Source: Cyanobacteria bacterium P01_A01_bin.123 (GTDB taxonomy: Bacteria > Cyanobacteriota > Cyanobacteriia > Phormidesmidales > Phormidesmidaceae). From it: 30,668 bases of DNA. Location: NCBI GenBank assembly GCA_039815185.1, contig JBCBZT010000071.1, forward strand, positions 1-30,668. Reading direction: 5' to 3'. Position 1 is the stretch's first letter. Each line of letters starts with the position of its first letter. The notes below the pieces were generated by a model. The model did not search any database and was not told where the DNA came from. It was given only the letters and a program-made list of their open reading frames with translations. Made by a program: the position numbers and the translations under genes. Shown here in pieces: positions 1-9,400 of this stretch.

Positions 1-1
1 A

Positions 2-3000
2 GCAGACACCCAGGCGTTGCTGCAGGAGGTGCCGAAAGCTTATCAGACGCGAATCAATGATGTGCTGCTGACGGCGCTGGCCCAAGCGTTTGCTGAATGG
101 ACGGGGAACCGTTCGCTGCTCGTTGACTTAGAGGGTCATGGACGGGAAGACCTGTTTGAGGATGTTGACCTCTCCCGCACTGTGGGCTGGTTTACTACCC
201 TGTTTCCGGTGGTATTGAATATTGAGGATCTGACCAATTCGGGTGAGGTGCTGAAAACGATTAAAGAACAGCTCTGGAGGATTCCCAAGCGAGGCATTGG
301 CTATGGCGTACTCCGCTATCTCAATCCGGAAGCAGCAGAGGTTTGGCGGCATCAGTCTCAAGCTGACATCTCGTTTAATTATCTCGGTCAGGCTGATCGG
401 AGCTTGCAAGAATCCTTTCTGTTTGTACCAGCCCAAGAGCCAAATGGAACTGTGCGAAGCCTACAGGGGAGGCGAAGCCATCTATTAGACATCAGCGGAA
501 TTGTTGCTGGAGGGCAGCTACGACTGAATTGGACCTACAGCGAGACCATTCATCGGCGAGCCACGATTGAGACCCTGGCAGAGAGGTGTATAGAAGCTCT
601 ACGGGCGCTCATTAGTCAGTGTCAATCTTTAGAGGTTATCGGTCATACGCCTTCTGAAAGTCAGGAAGCAAACGTCGATCAAAATAACCTCGACCAATCT
701 ATCCCGCACGCCTCCCGAAACGCCAAGCTCCCCTTGTCTTTTGCTCAAGCTCGGTTGTGGTTTCTAGAACAGCTAGACTCAGGTAGCTATTACGAACCAT
801 CCGCCATACGTTTAGCTGGTTTGCTCAATGTAGCGGCCATAGAACAGTCCTTCAATGAAATTGTGCGTCGTCATGAGGTCTTTCGGACTACATTTCCTGT
901 AGTTGAGGGACAACCCATTCAGCTGATTGCTCCATTTCTAGGCATTAGTCTGCCGATGGTGAACTTATGCGAGTTGTCAGAAGCTGAGCAGCAGAAAGAA
1001 GTTCAGTGGTTAGTTGAGGAGTGGAGCCAAAGCGTATTCGATTTAACTCAAGAGCCATTGCTAAAGATAGTGCTGCTTAAGCTGAGTGAACAGGAACATC
1101 TGTTAATGTTCGGTACGCACCACATTATTTCTGACAGATGGTCTATGGGAGTATTGATTAAAGAACTCGCGATACTCTATAAAGCATTTTCTCAAGGTCA
1201 GTCCTCTCCACTACCAGAGCTTCCGATTCAGTATGCAGACTTTGCAGTCTGGCAACGCCAGTGGTTACAAGGGGAAGCATTGGAAAACCAGCTTTCCTAC
1301 TGGCGGCGACAACTAGCGGGTGCTCTCACTAAACTAAATTTACAAAAGATAGCAGGCCGTCCTCCCATAGATACAAAGAAACCAGAGTCTGCAGCTCAAT
1401 CCTTTCTAATATCCACTCACCTATCTCAACAAATCAAAGCATTGAGTCGAAAGCAGAGAGTAACGCTGTTTATGACACTACTGTCGGCGTTTCAAATCTT
1501 ACTGTATCGCTACACGAACCAGAAGGATATTGTCGTTGGCACCGATGTCGCCGGTCGTAATCGAGCCGAAGTAGAGCCATTAATAGGATTTTTTATTAAC
1601 CTCCTAGTTTTACGCACTGACTTGTCGGGCAACCCCACTTTCCGAGCCCTCCTGGACAGAGTGCGGGAAGTTACTTTAGGTGCTTATGCGCATCAAGATT
1701 TGCCCTTTGCCAAATTGGTAGAGAGTTTACGGCCAGACCGGGCTACAAATACAACCCCCTTGTTCGAGATATTATTTGTTTTTCAGAATATTCCTCGCTC
1801 TGTTGTGGAGTTTTCTGGGCTAACGCTCACTTCCGTAGAAGTCAGCAAAAAGAAGGCCAGATTTGGCCTTGCTCTCTTTCTGGAAGAAACAGAGCAAGGA
1901 ATCTTTGGAAATTGGAGATATCGTACTGACCTATTTGATTCTGAGGCGATCGCTCGCCTTTCCAGGAACTTTGAGGCATTGCTTTGTAGTATTGCCCAAA
2001 ATCCCGACACACGAATCGACGCCTTAGATATGCTTAGCGAGTCTGAGAAGCAGCGACAAATTACTCAAAAGACCCAGCGTGAACGGGCAAAGTTCAAAAA
2101 GTTCAAAACGATCAAGCCCAAGGCAGTTAACCTCCCTCAAAAAGAATTAGTCAAAACAGATTTTCTCCATGGGCAAAGCCTCCCTTATGTCATTCAACCA
2201 GATGCAGATGATGTTGATCTGGCCGACTGGGCGACTGGTAAGCGTGAATTTATTGAGACTAACTTGCTAAAACACGGTGCGATACTTTTCCGTGGATTCA
2301 AGATCAATTCAATTCCTGAGTTTGAAAAAGTAGCTGGCGCTATTTGTCCTAAGTTGTTTGGCGACTATGGCGATTTACCCAGGGAAGGACTTGGCGCAAA
2401 CGTTTATGGTTCTACGCCTTACCCTTCTGACCAAGCTATTCTTTTCCATAATGAAAGCTCCCACTTGCAGCAGTGGCCGCTAAAAATCTGGTTTTTCTGC
2501 GTACAACCAGCCCAGGGCGGGGGAGAAACTCCCATTGTTGATTGTCGAAAAGTTTATCAACTACTTGATCCCAAGCTAAGAGAAAGATTTGGACAAAAGC
2601 AACTCATGTACGCCCGCAACTACATTGAAGGTTTAGATGTCAGTTGGCAAGATTTCTTTCACACCAGCGACAAAGAAGCTGTTGAAGCCCGTTGTCGTCA
2701 GTCTGACATTGATTTTGAGTGGCTGCCGGACAATGGGCTAAGAACTTACAAGATACGCCCCGCAGTCTCTCGCCATCCTAAGACAGGGGAGTCAGTATTT
2801 TTCAATCAAGTGCAATTGCATCACATCTCCTGCTTAGAATCAGCTGTTAGAGCATCTCTATTATCAGCTCTTGAGGAAGATAAGTTGCCTCGCAATGTCT
2901 ACTACGGTGATGGCTCCCCGATTGAAGACTCGGTAATGGCGGAAATCGGAGACGTTTATCGGCAAGCAAAAATCAGCTTTCCGTGGGAACAAGGAGACAT

Positions 3001-3115
3001 CTTGATGCTGGACAACATGTTAGTTGCTCATGGGCGAAATCCTTATGTTGGTTCACGCAAGATTGTAGTGGCTATGGGAGAAATGATCGATAGCCAAAAA
3101 GTAGAGAGGGTTTAG
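2..3115 (+). CDS. NRPS, 5'-partial: epimerization domain - condensation domain - C-terminal fused TauD-like Fe(II)/2OG (Asp beta-)hydroxylase
   Basis: Frame is open to the window edge. E motifs LEGHGRE, RTVGWFTT, RIPKRGIGYG, FNYLGQ; C domain LSFAQARLWF...HHIISDRWS (~728-2030); TauD-like domain (~2180-3100) with H-x-E (FHNES, 2447) and distal His (AHGR, 3029). Confidence 0.93.
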   Translation, partial: ADTQALLQEVPKAYQTRINDVLLTALAQAFAEWTGNRSLLVDLEGHGREDLFEDVDLSRTVGWFTTLFPVVLNIEDLTNSGEVLKTIKEQLWRIPKRGIGYGVLRYLNPEAAEVWRHQSQADISFNYLGQADRSLQESFLFVPAQEPNGTVRSLQGRRSHLLDISGIVAGGQLRLNWTYSETIHRRATIETLAERCIEALRALISQCQSLEVIGHTPSESQEANVDQNNLDQSIPHASRNAKLPLSFAQARLWFLEQLDSGSYYEPSAIRLAGLLNVAAIEQSFNEIVRRHEVFRTTFPVVEGQPIQLIAPFLGISLPMVNLCELSEAEQQKEVQWLVEEWSQSVFDLTQEPLLKIVLLKLSEQEHLLMFGTHHIISDRWSMGVLIKELAILYKAFSQGQSSPLPELPIQYADFAVWQRQWLQGEALENQLSYWRRQLAGALTKLNLQKIAGRPPIDTKKPESAAQSFLISTHLSQQIKALSRKQRVTLFMTLLSAFQILLYRYTNQKDIVVGTDVAGRNRAEVEPLIGFFINLLVLRTDLSGNPTFRALLDRVREVTLGAYAHQDLPFAKLVESLRPDRATNTTPLFEILFVFQNIPRSVVEFSGLTLTSVEVSKKKARFGLALFLEETEQGIFGNWRYRTDLFDSEAIARLSRNFEALLCSIAQNPDTRIDALDMLSESEKQRQITQKTQRERAKFKKFKTIKPKAVNLPQKELVKTDFLHGQSLPYVIQPDADDVDLADWATGKREFIETNLLKHGAILFRGFKINSIPEFEKVAGAICPKLFGDYGDLPREGLGANVYGSTPYPSDQAILFHNESSHLQQWPLKIWFFCVQPAQGGGETPIVDCRKVYQLLDPKLRERFGQKQLMYARNYIEGLDVSWQDFFHTSDKEAVEARCRQSDIDFEWLPDNGLRTYKIRPAVSRHPKTGESVFFNQVQLHHISCLESAVRASLLSALEEDKLPRNVYYGDGSPIEDSVMAEIGDVYRQAKISFPWEQGDILMLDNMLVAHGRNPYVGSRKIVVAMGEMIDSQKVERV

Positions 3116-3122
3116 GCAATCA

Positions 3123-6100
3123 ATGTTAAGTCAAACTATTGAGGGATTTCGTCTCTCTCCTCAACAAAAACAGCTTTGGTCGTTACAGCAGGGTGGTAAG
3201 GCTTACTGCTGCCAATGCGTTCTGAGAATTACAGGTGACCTTCAAGTAGAAACACTAAAATCGGCCATACAACAGATAGTCGATCGACACGAGATTCTAC
3301 GCACGTCTTTCCATCGACAACCAGGTATGAGAGTTCCCATTCAAGTGATAAATGGCGACAGCACATTCTGGTATCAAGAAGTGAGTCAGAATGACCCGGA
3401 ATATGAGTCTATCGAAGCACTGTGTCAGGAAGAAAGACGATTTGTTTTTGACTTTGAGCAAGGCCCGCTCTTGCGTATGTCTCTACTGCAAGAGTCAGTA
3501 GATCAATGGTTTTTGCTAATTACCTTACCTTCTCTTTGTGCCGATAGTCGATCTCTCGAAAACCTGTTGAAGGAAATTAGTCAACTCTATGATGTGGGTT
3601 TACGAGGTGAGGAATTAGAAGAGCAGCCTGTACAGTATGTTCAATTTTCAGAATGGTGCAATGAGCTTCTGGAAGATGAAGATGCAGAGACTGGAAAAGT
3701 CTATTGGCGGCAGCAAGAGCTAAGTTCAACTCCATCACTCACGCTGCCATTCGAAAGCTGTTCTGGTAAACAAACAATATTTGAACCTAGTATTCATACT
3801 TTAAGGTTAGAATCGGATTTAGTAGCCAAACTGCATAAGATCTCAGCTCTACATAAGGCAACGGTTGCTGATTTCTTATTTGCATGTTGGCAAACACTGC
3901 TTTGGCGAATTACAGGACAATCAGATATTGTTGTCAATACTATTTATGCTGGCAGGAAGTATGAAGAATTGCAGGAAACTCTGGGGCTTTTGGCGAGATG
4001 TTTGCCTGTCCACTGTTCTGTTCAAGAAAACTTTAAATTTACGGAAATCTTATTATCTATTGTCAATACCTTAAATAGCCATGAGAAATGGCAGGAATAT
4101 TTTATCTGCGAAGAACATAGAAATTCTAGTAATTCTCCCTTGGACTTGCCGATTAGTTTTGAGTTTGCGAAATGGTCTGATCGGTGTGAATCTGGCGGAG
4201 TTTCCTTTTCACTGGAGAAGCAATATGTCTGTTTTGAGCGATTCAAGCTTAAACTTAGCTGCGTGCTTCAACAAGAGTCTCTCACGGCGGAGTTTCACTA
4301 CGATCCTGAACTAATTTCCCCAGAAAGTATCCAGTACCTCGCGGAACAATTCCAGACTTTGGCATCCAGTGCTCTCAACAATCCAGAAGTCCCTGTAGGC
4401 GAGCTAAAGATGATGAGCGATCGCCAGCTACAGCAACAGCTGGTTGAGTTTAACCAAACACAGGTTAATTATCCCCAGGAGCAATGTATCCACCACAGAT
4501 TTGAAGCACAGGTAAAGCAAACGCCGAATAATGCGGCTGTAGTGTTTGAAGAGGAGCGATTCACCTATGCTGAACTCAACCAACGAGCCAACCAGTTAGC
4601 CCACTATCTCCAAAGATTAGGAATCGGACCCGACGTACTGGTCGGAATATTACTTGAACGTGGGCACTCCGAAAGCACTTTACTAACGCTGGACATAATT
4701 GCCATACTCGGCGTTCTCAAAGCTGGTGGAGCTTACCTACCCTTGGACACAACTTTACCGCAAGAGAGTCTGGAAATTAGGCTACGGGATGCTCAGACAC
4801 CAGTAGTACTGACCCAGCAGTCACTTGTTGAAAAACTGCCTAAGGACTTCGGAAAGATAATTTGCTTGGACACAGATTCGGAGATTATTGCCCAAGAAAG
4901 TTCTGAAAATCCGACCAGCGAAGTCAGATGTGAAAATTTAGTATATGTGTTGTTTACCTCCGGTTCTACCGGCAAACCCAAAGGGGTCGCCATTGAACAT
5001 CGGTCATTGAGCAATTACTTAGACGGTGTCTTGGCCAGATTAGACTTGCCGCCTGCTAGCAGTTATTTAACTTTTTCTACCATTGCCGCTGACTTAGGCA
5101 ATACCGCCATCTTCCCCGCCTTATGCACAGGAGGATGTCTCTATGTTGTGTCCCAAGAGCAAGTATCCGATCCCGAGGCTCTGGCAAAATACTTCCAACG
5201 CCATCGAATCGACTGTCTCAAAATCGTCCCATCCCACCTTGCTGCTTTGCTAACATCTTCTGAAATGCAGTCGATTCTACCGCGTCAGCGACTCATCCTA
5301 GGAGGTGAAGCCGCCAGTTGGAGCTTGATTGAGCAGATTCAGCAGCAGGCGCCGAATTGCCAGATAATTAATCACTATGGTCCAACGGAAACAACGGTTG
5401 GTGTCTTGACTTATCCAGTCAATGGTCAATCAAACAAGCCTGTTTGCAAAACAGTTCCCCTAGGTCGTCCGTTGTCTAATACACAAGCTTACGTATTAGA
5501 CAAGCATCTGCACCCTCTACCTATCGGTGTCCCTGGAGAACTCTATATCGGCGGAGCCAGTTTGGCGCAAGGCTATCTGAATCGACCGGAGTTAACAGCA
5601 GAACGATTTATTACTAATCCTTTCACGAATGAGCCTAGGGCGCGGCTATACAAAACGGGAGACCTCGTTCGTTATTTGCCGGACGGCAATCTGGAATTCT
5701 TGGGGCGGACTGATAACCAAGTAAAAATTCGAGGCTTTCGCATCGAACTGGAGGAAATAGAAGCGTTGCTAAACCAGCATCCGGGTGTGCGGCAGTCCGT
5801 AGTGTCAGTTTGGGAAGACCAGGGAAACAAGCGATTAGTCGCCCACATTGTTCCTAACAAACAACAGCAACCCAGCGTTAGCGACCTGCGAATTTTCCTG
5901 AGAGAAAAGCGACCAGAATATATGACGCCCGGAGCCTTCGTGTTCTTAAACGCTCTGCCGCTGCGGCCTAATGGCAAGATAGACCGCCAGTCATTACCAG
6001 CGCCGAATCAAACCCGGCCAGAGTTAGCTGAAACGTTTGTTGCTCCTCGCAACGAATTGGAACAAACCCTCGCTAGCATTTGGCAAGAGACGCTGCAGGT

Positions 6101-6380
6101 AGAGAGAGTAGGCGTCAATGATAATTTCTTCGAACTAGGTGGTCATTCCTTACTGATTGTTCAAATTTACAGCAAACTGTATGGAGTGTTTGAGCGAGAG
6201 GTATCAATTACTGATCTGTTTAAATACCCAACTATCAGCACTTTGGCTGGCTATTTAAGCCAAGAAAAAAGTGAACAATCTTCTTTAGAAAAAGTTCAAG
6301 TGCAAGCTGAAGAACGGCTGAGTTCAAGAAGGAGACGATCTCAAATCAGAGAAAGAACTCGAGCAGCAGAAAAACTTTAG
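3123..6380 (+). CDS. NRPS: interface-type (non-catalytic C-like) domain - A (Asp) - T
   Basis: N-terminal C-like domain has LPSLCADS in place of HHxxxDG. A core motifs FTSGSTGKPKG, YGPTE, YKTGD, NGKIDR; specificity code read by eye as DLTKIGHVGK (Asp-type); T motif FFELGGHSL. Confidence 0.92.
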   Translation: MLSQTIEGFRLSPQQKQLWSLQQGGKAYCCQCVLRITGDLQVETLKSAIQQIVDRHEILRTSFHRQPGMRVPIQVINGDSTFWYQEVSQNDPEYESIEALCQEERRFVFDFEQGPLLRMSLLQESVDQWFLLITLPSLCADSRSLENLLKEISQLYDVGLRGEELEEQPVQYVQFSEWCNELLEDEDAETGKVYWRQQELSSTPSLTLPFESCSGKQTIFEPSIHTLRLESDLVAKLHKISALHKATVADFLFACWQTLLWRITGQSDIVVNTIYAGRKYEELQETLGLLARCLPVHCSVQENFKFTEILLSIVNTLNSHEKWQEYFICEEHRNSSNSPLDLPISFEFAKWSDRCESGGVSFSLEKQYVCFERFKLKLSCVLQQESLTAEFHYDPELISPESIQYLAEQFQTLASSALNNPEVPVGELKMMSDRQLQQQLVEFNQTQVNYPQEQCIHHRFEAQVKQTPNNAAVVFEEERFTYAELNQRANQLAHYLQRLGIGPDVLVGILLERGHSESTLLTLDIIAILGVLKAGGAYLPLDTTLPQESLEIRLRDAQTPVVLTQQSLVEKLPKDFGKIICLDTDSEIIAQESSENPTSEVRCENLVYVLFTSGSTGKPKGVAIEHRSLSNYLDGVLARLDLPPASSYLTFSTIAADLGNTAIFPALCTGGCLYVVSQEQVSDPEALAKYFQRHRIDCLKIVPSHLAALLTSSEMQSILPRQRLILGGEAASWSLIEQIQQQAPNCQIINHYGPTETTVGVLTYPVNGQSNKPVCKTVPLGRPLSNTQAYVLDKHLHPLPIGVPGELYIGGASLAQGYLNRPELTAERFITNPFTNEPRARLYKTGDLVRYLPDGNLEFLGRTDNQVKIRGFRIELEEIEALLNQHPGVRQSVVSVWEDQGNKRLVAHIVPNKQQQPSVSDLRIFLREKRPEYMTPGAFVFLNALPLRPNGKIDRQSLPAPNQTRPELAETFVAPRNELEQTLASIWQETLQVERVGVNDNFFELGGHSLLIVQIYSKLYGVFEREVSITDLFKYPTISTLAGYLSQEKSEQSSLEKVQVQAEERLSSRRRRSQIRERTRAAEKL

Positions 6381-6400
6381 GGAGTTTTCAAAAGAGTAGC

Positions 6401-9400
6401 ATGGAAGAACTGGACTACACAGATAAAGTTGCCATCATTGGCATGGCGGGTCGTTTTCCAAGAGCCAAAAATCTGGAGGAATTTTGGCGGAATTTGAGAG
6501 ACGGTGTAGAGTCTGTTTCTTTCTTCTCAGACCAAGAGTTGGAAGCTTCAGGAGTTAACCCTGCCTTACTAAAGAACCCAAACTATGTCAAAGCAGGGGT
6601 TGTATTCGAGGACAAAGAATTATTTGACGCCGCCTTCTTTGGTTACTCCCCTAGGCAGGCGGCGATAATTGACCCTCAGCAACGGTTATTTTTGGAATGC
6701 GCTTGGAATGCTCTGGAAAGTGCGGGTTACAATTCGCAAACCTTTGCGGGACGGATTAGTGTTTACGGCGGCGCTGGCATCAATAGCTACCTATTTTTCA
6801 ATCTTGCTTCAAATTCTGAACTCCTTCATGCAGTCGGTTTTACCCAGATCAGGCATAGTAATCGTCAAGACAATCTAGCAACCCGAATCGCCTATAAATT
6901 AAATCTCAAAGGCTCAGCGTTCACTATCCAATCGGGGTGTTCCACCTCCTTAGTCGCCGTCCATTTAGCCTGCCAAAGCTTACTCGATCATGAATGTCAT
7001 ATGGCGTTAGCGGGTGGGGTTCGCATCGGTTCATTGGAAAAAACAGGTTATCTTTATCAAGTAGGAGACGTTGCTTCTCCAGACGGACATTGCTGCGCCT
7101 TTGATTCTAGGGCGCAAGGATTTATTGGCGGCGACGGCGTGGGAGTCGTAGTCCTCAAGCGGCTAGAGGATGCAATTGCGGATAGAGATACTATTCATGC
7201 GGTTATTCAAGGTTCAGCAGTTAATAACGACGGTTCAGACAAAGTTGGCTATACCGCTCCTAGCATCAATGGCCAAGCCGCTGTCATCGCTGAAGCTCTA
7301 GCAATAGGCAGGAGCAATGCTGAAACGATTAGCTATGTTGAAGCTCATGGCACAGGCACAGTCTTAGGAGATCCTATCGAGATCGCCGCACTAACAGAAG
7401 CTTTCCGCGCCACAACCGATAAAAAAGGATTCTGCGCCATTGGTTCAGTTAAAACGAATATCGGCCACCTAGATACTGCCGCTGGTATTGCGGGTTTAAT
7501 CAAGACAGTTCTGGCTCTCAAGCACAAACAAATACCCCCAAGCCTCCATTTTGAAACCCCCAATCCCAAAATTGACTTCGCTAACAGTCCCTTTTACGTT
7601 AACGCCAAACTTTCAGATTGGAAGGCAAATGGCATTTCTCGGCGAGCTGGAGTCAGCTCCTTTGGCATTGGTGGCACCAACGCCCATGTGATTTTAGAAG
7701 AAGCCCTAGCGCTTGGCCACTCTAACCCTTCCCGTCCTTGGCAGTTGTTAATACTCTCCGCCAAAACCAGTTCCGCGCTGGAAACTGCTACAGCAAACTT
7801 AGTTCAATACTTTCAAACGTATCCCGACCTAAGCCTGGCTGACGCCACTTATACGCTTCAGATTGGGCGCCAAGCGTTCGACTATCGCCGAATGGTGGTT
7901 GTTCAAGATCTTAACGATGCGGTGCAAGTCTTAGAGTCCTTAGAGCCACAAAAGGTTTATAGCCGCTTCTGTAAGTCTGCGAATCGGCAGGTTGTGTTTA
8001 TGTTTCCCGGTCAGGGAACTCAGTACGTGAACATGGGTCGAGAGTTGTACCAAACTGAGCCATTTTTCAGAGAGCAGGTTGAGCGCTGTTGTGAATTGCT
8101 TAAGTCTCATCTAGGCGTCGATCTTCGTACCATTTTATATCCCAGCGAAGAGCATGCGGAAGCAGCCGCGCAGCGGCTGCAGCAGACAAACCTTACCCAG
8201 CCGGCATTGTTTGTGATTGAGTATGCATTAGCTCAGTTATGGATGACCTGGGGGGTCAGGCCTCAGGCAATGATTGGTCATAGCATTGGGGAATATGTTG
8301 CAGCTTGCCTATCAGGCGTTTTCTCGTTAGAAGCCGCTTTGCCGCTAGTAGCCGCTCGTGGGCGGTTGATGCAACAGCTTCCTAGTGGGAAGATGTTAGC
8401 TGTGCCGCTATCAGAACAGGAGCTTGAACCCCTGTTAGGGGAAAACATTTCTCTAGCAGCGCACAACGCACCTGAGAGTTGTGTGGTCTCAGGATCAACA
8501 GAAGCAATTGATGAGTTTCAAGAACGTTTGAGCAAGCAAGGCGTAGAATGTCGCTCTCTGCATACTTCCCACGCTTTTCATTCCCAGATGATGGATTCTA
8601 TTTTAGAGCCATTTAAGCAACAGGTCAGTCAAGCTAGCCTAAATCCACCTAAAATACCGTTTGTGTCTAACTTGACTGGCGATTGGATTACCCCATCAGA
8701 AGCCACAGATCCCAGCTATTGGGCGATGCATTTGCGAAAGACGGTGCGTTTCAGCGAGGGGATTGCTGAGTTATTGCAAGAGCCTGGGCGAGTTCTCTTA
8801 GAAGTTGGCCCTGGGCGCACATTGAGCACCCTGACCCGGAAGCAAAAAGGGGATGAAGAAGTTGTAGTCTGTTCCCTCAGACATCCCCAGGATCAATCAT
8901 CAGATGCGCCGTTCTTGCTCAATACATTGGGCAAACTCTGGTTGGAGGGAGTTCGGGTAGATTGGTTAGGATTCTATACGAATGAGCAACGTTACCGCAT
9001 TCCTTTGCCGACATATCCCTTTGAACGAAAAAGATATTGGGTTGATCCATTAGAATCGATGTCCGGTATTGCTGCTCCTCCAGAAATCAATTTTTTAGAT
9101 CACATCTTGGAGGAGCAAACTTCCGCAGGCACGACCAATATCCAGCATTCCTTGGGGAATGATTACGTTGCACCCCGCAATGATATTGAACAAAAAATTG
9201 CTGACATCTGGCAAGAAGTTCTTGGGCTCCAACAAGTGGGTGTTTATGAAAACTTTTTTGAGTTAGGTGGAGACTCGGTGGTGAGTGTTCAGGTTATTGC
9301 TTTAGCTAATCAAGCTGGCTTGAAACTGACCCCCGCCCTGATCTTTGAACACCCGACAATTGTTGACCTAGCAGCAGTAGCTCAAACAATCCTGACTGTC

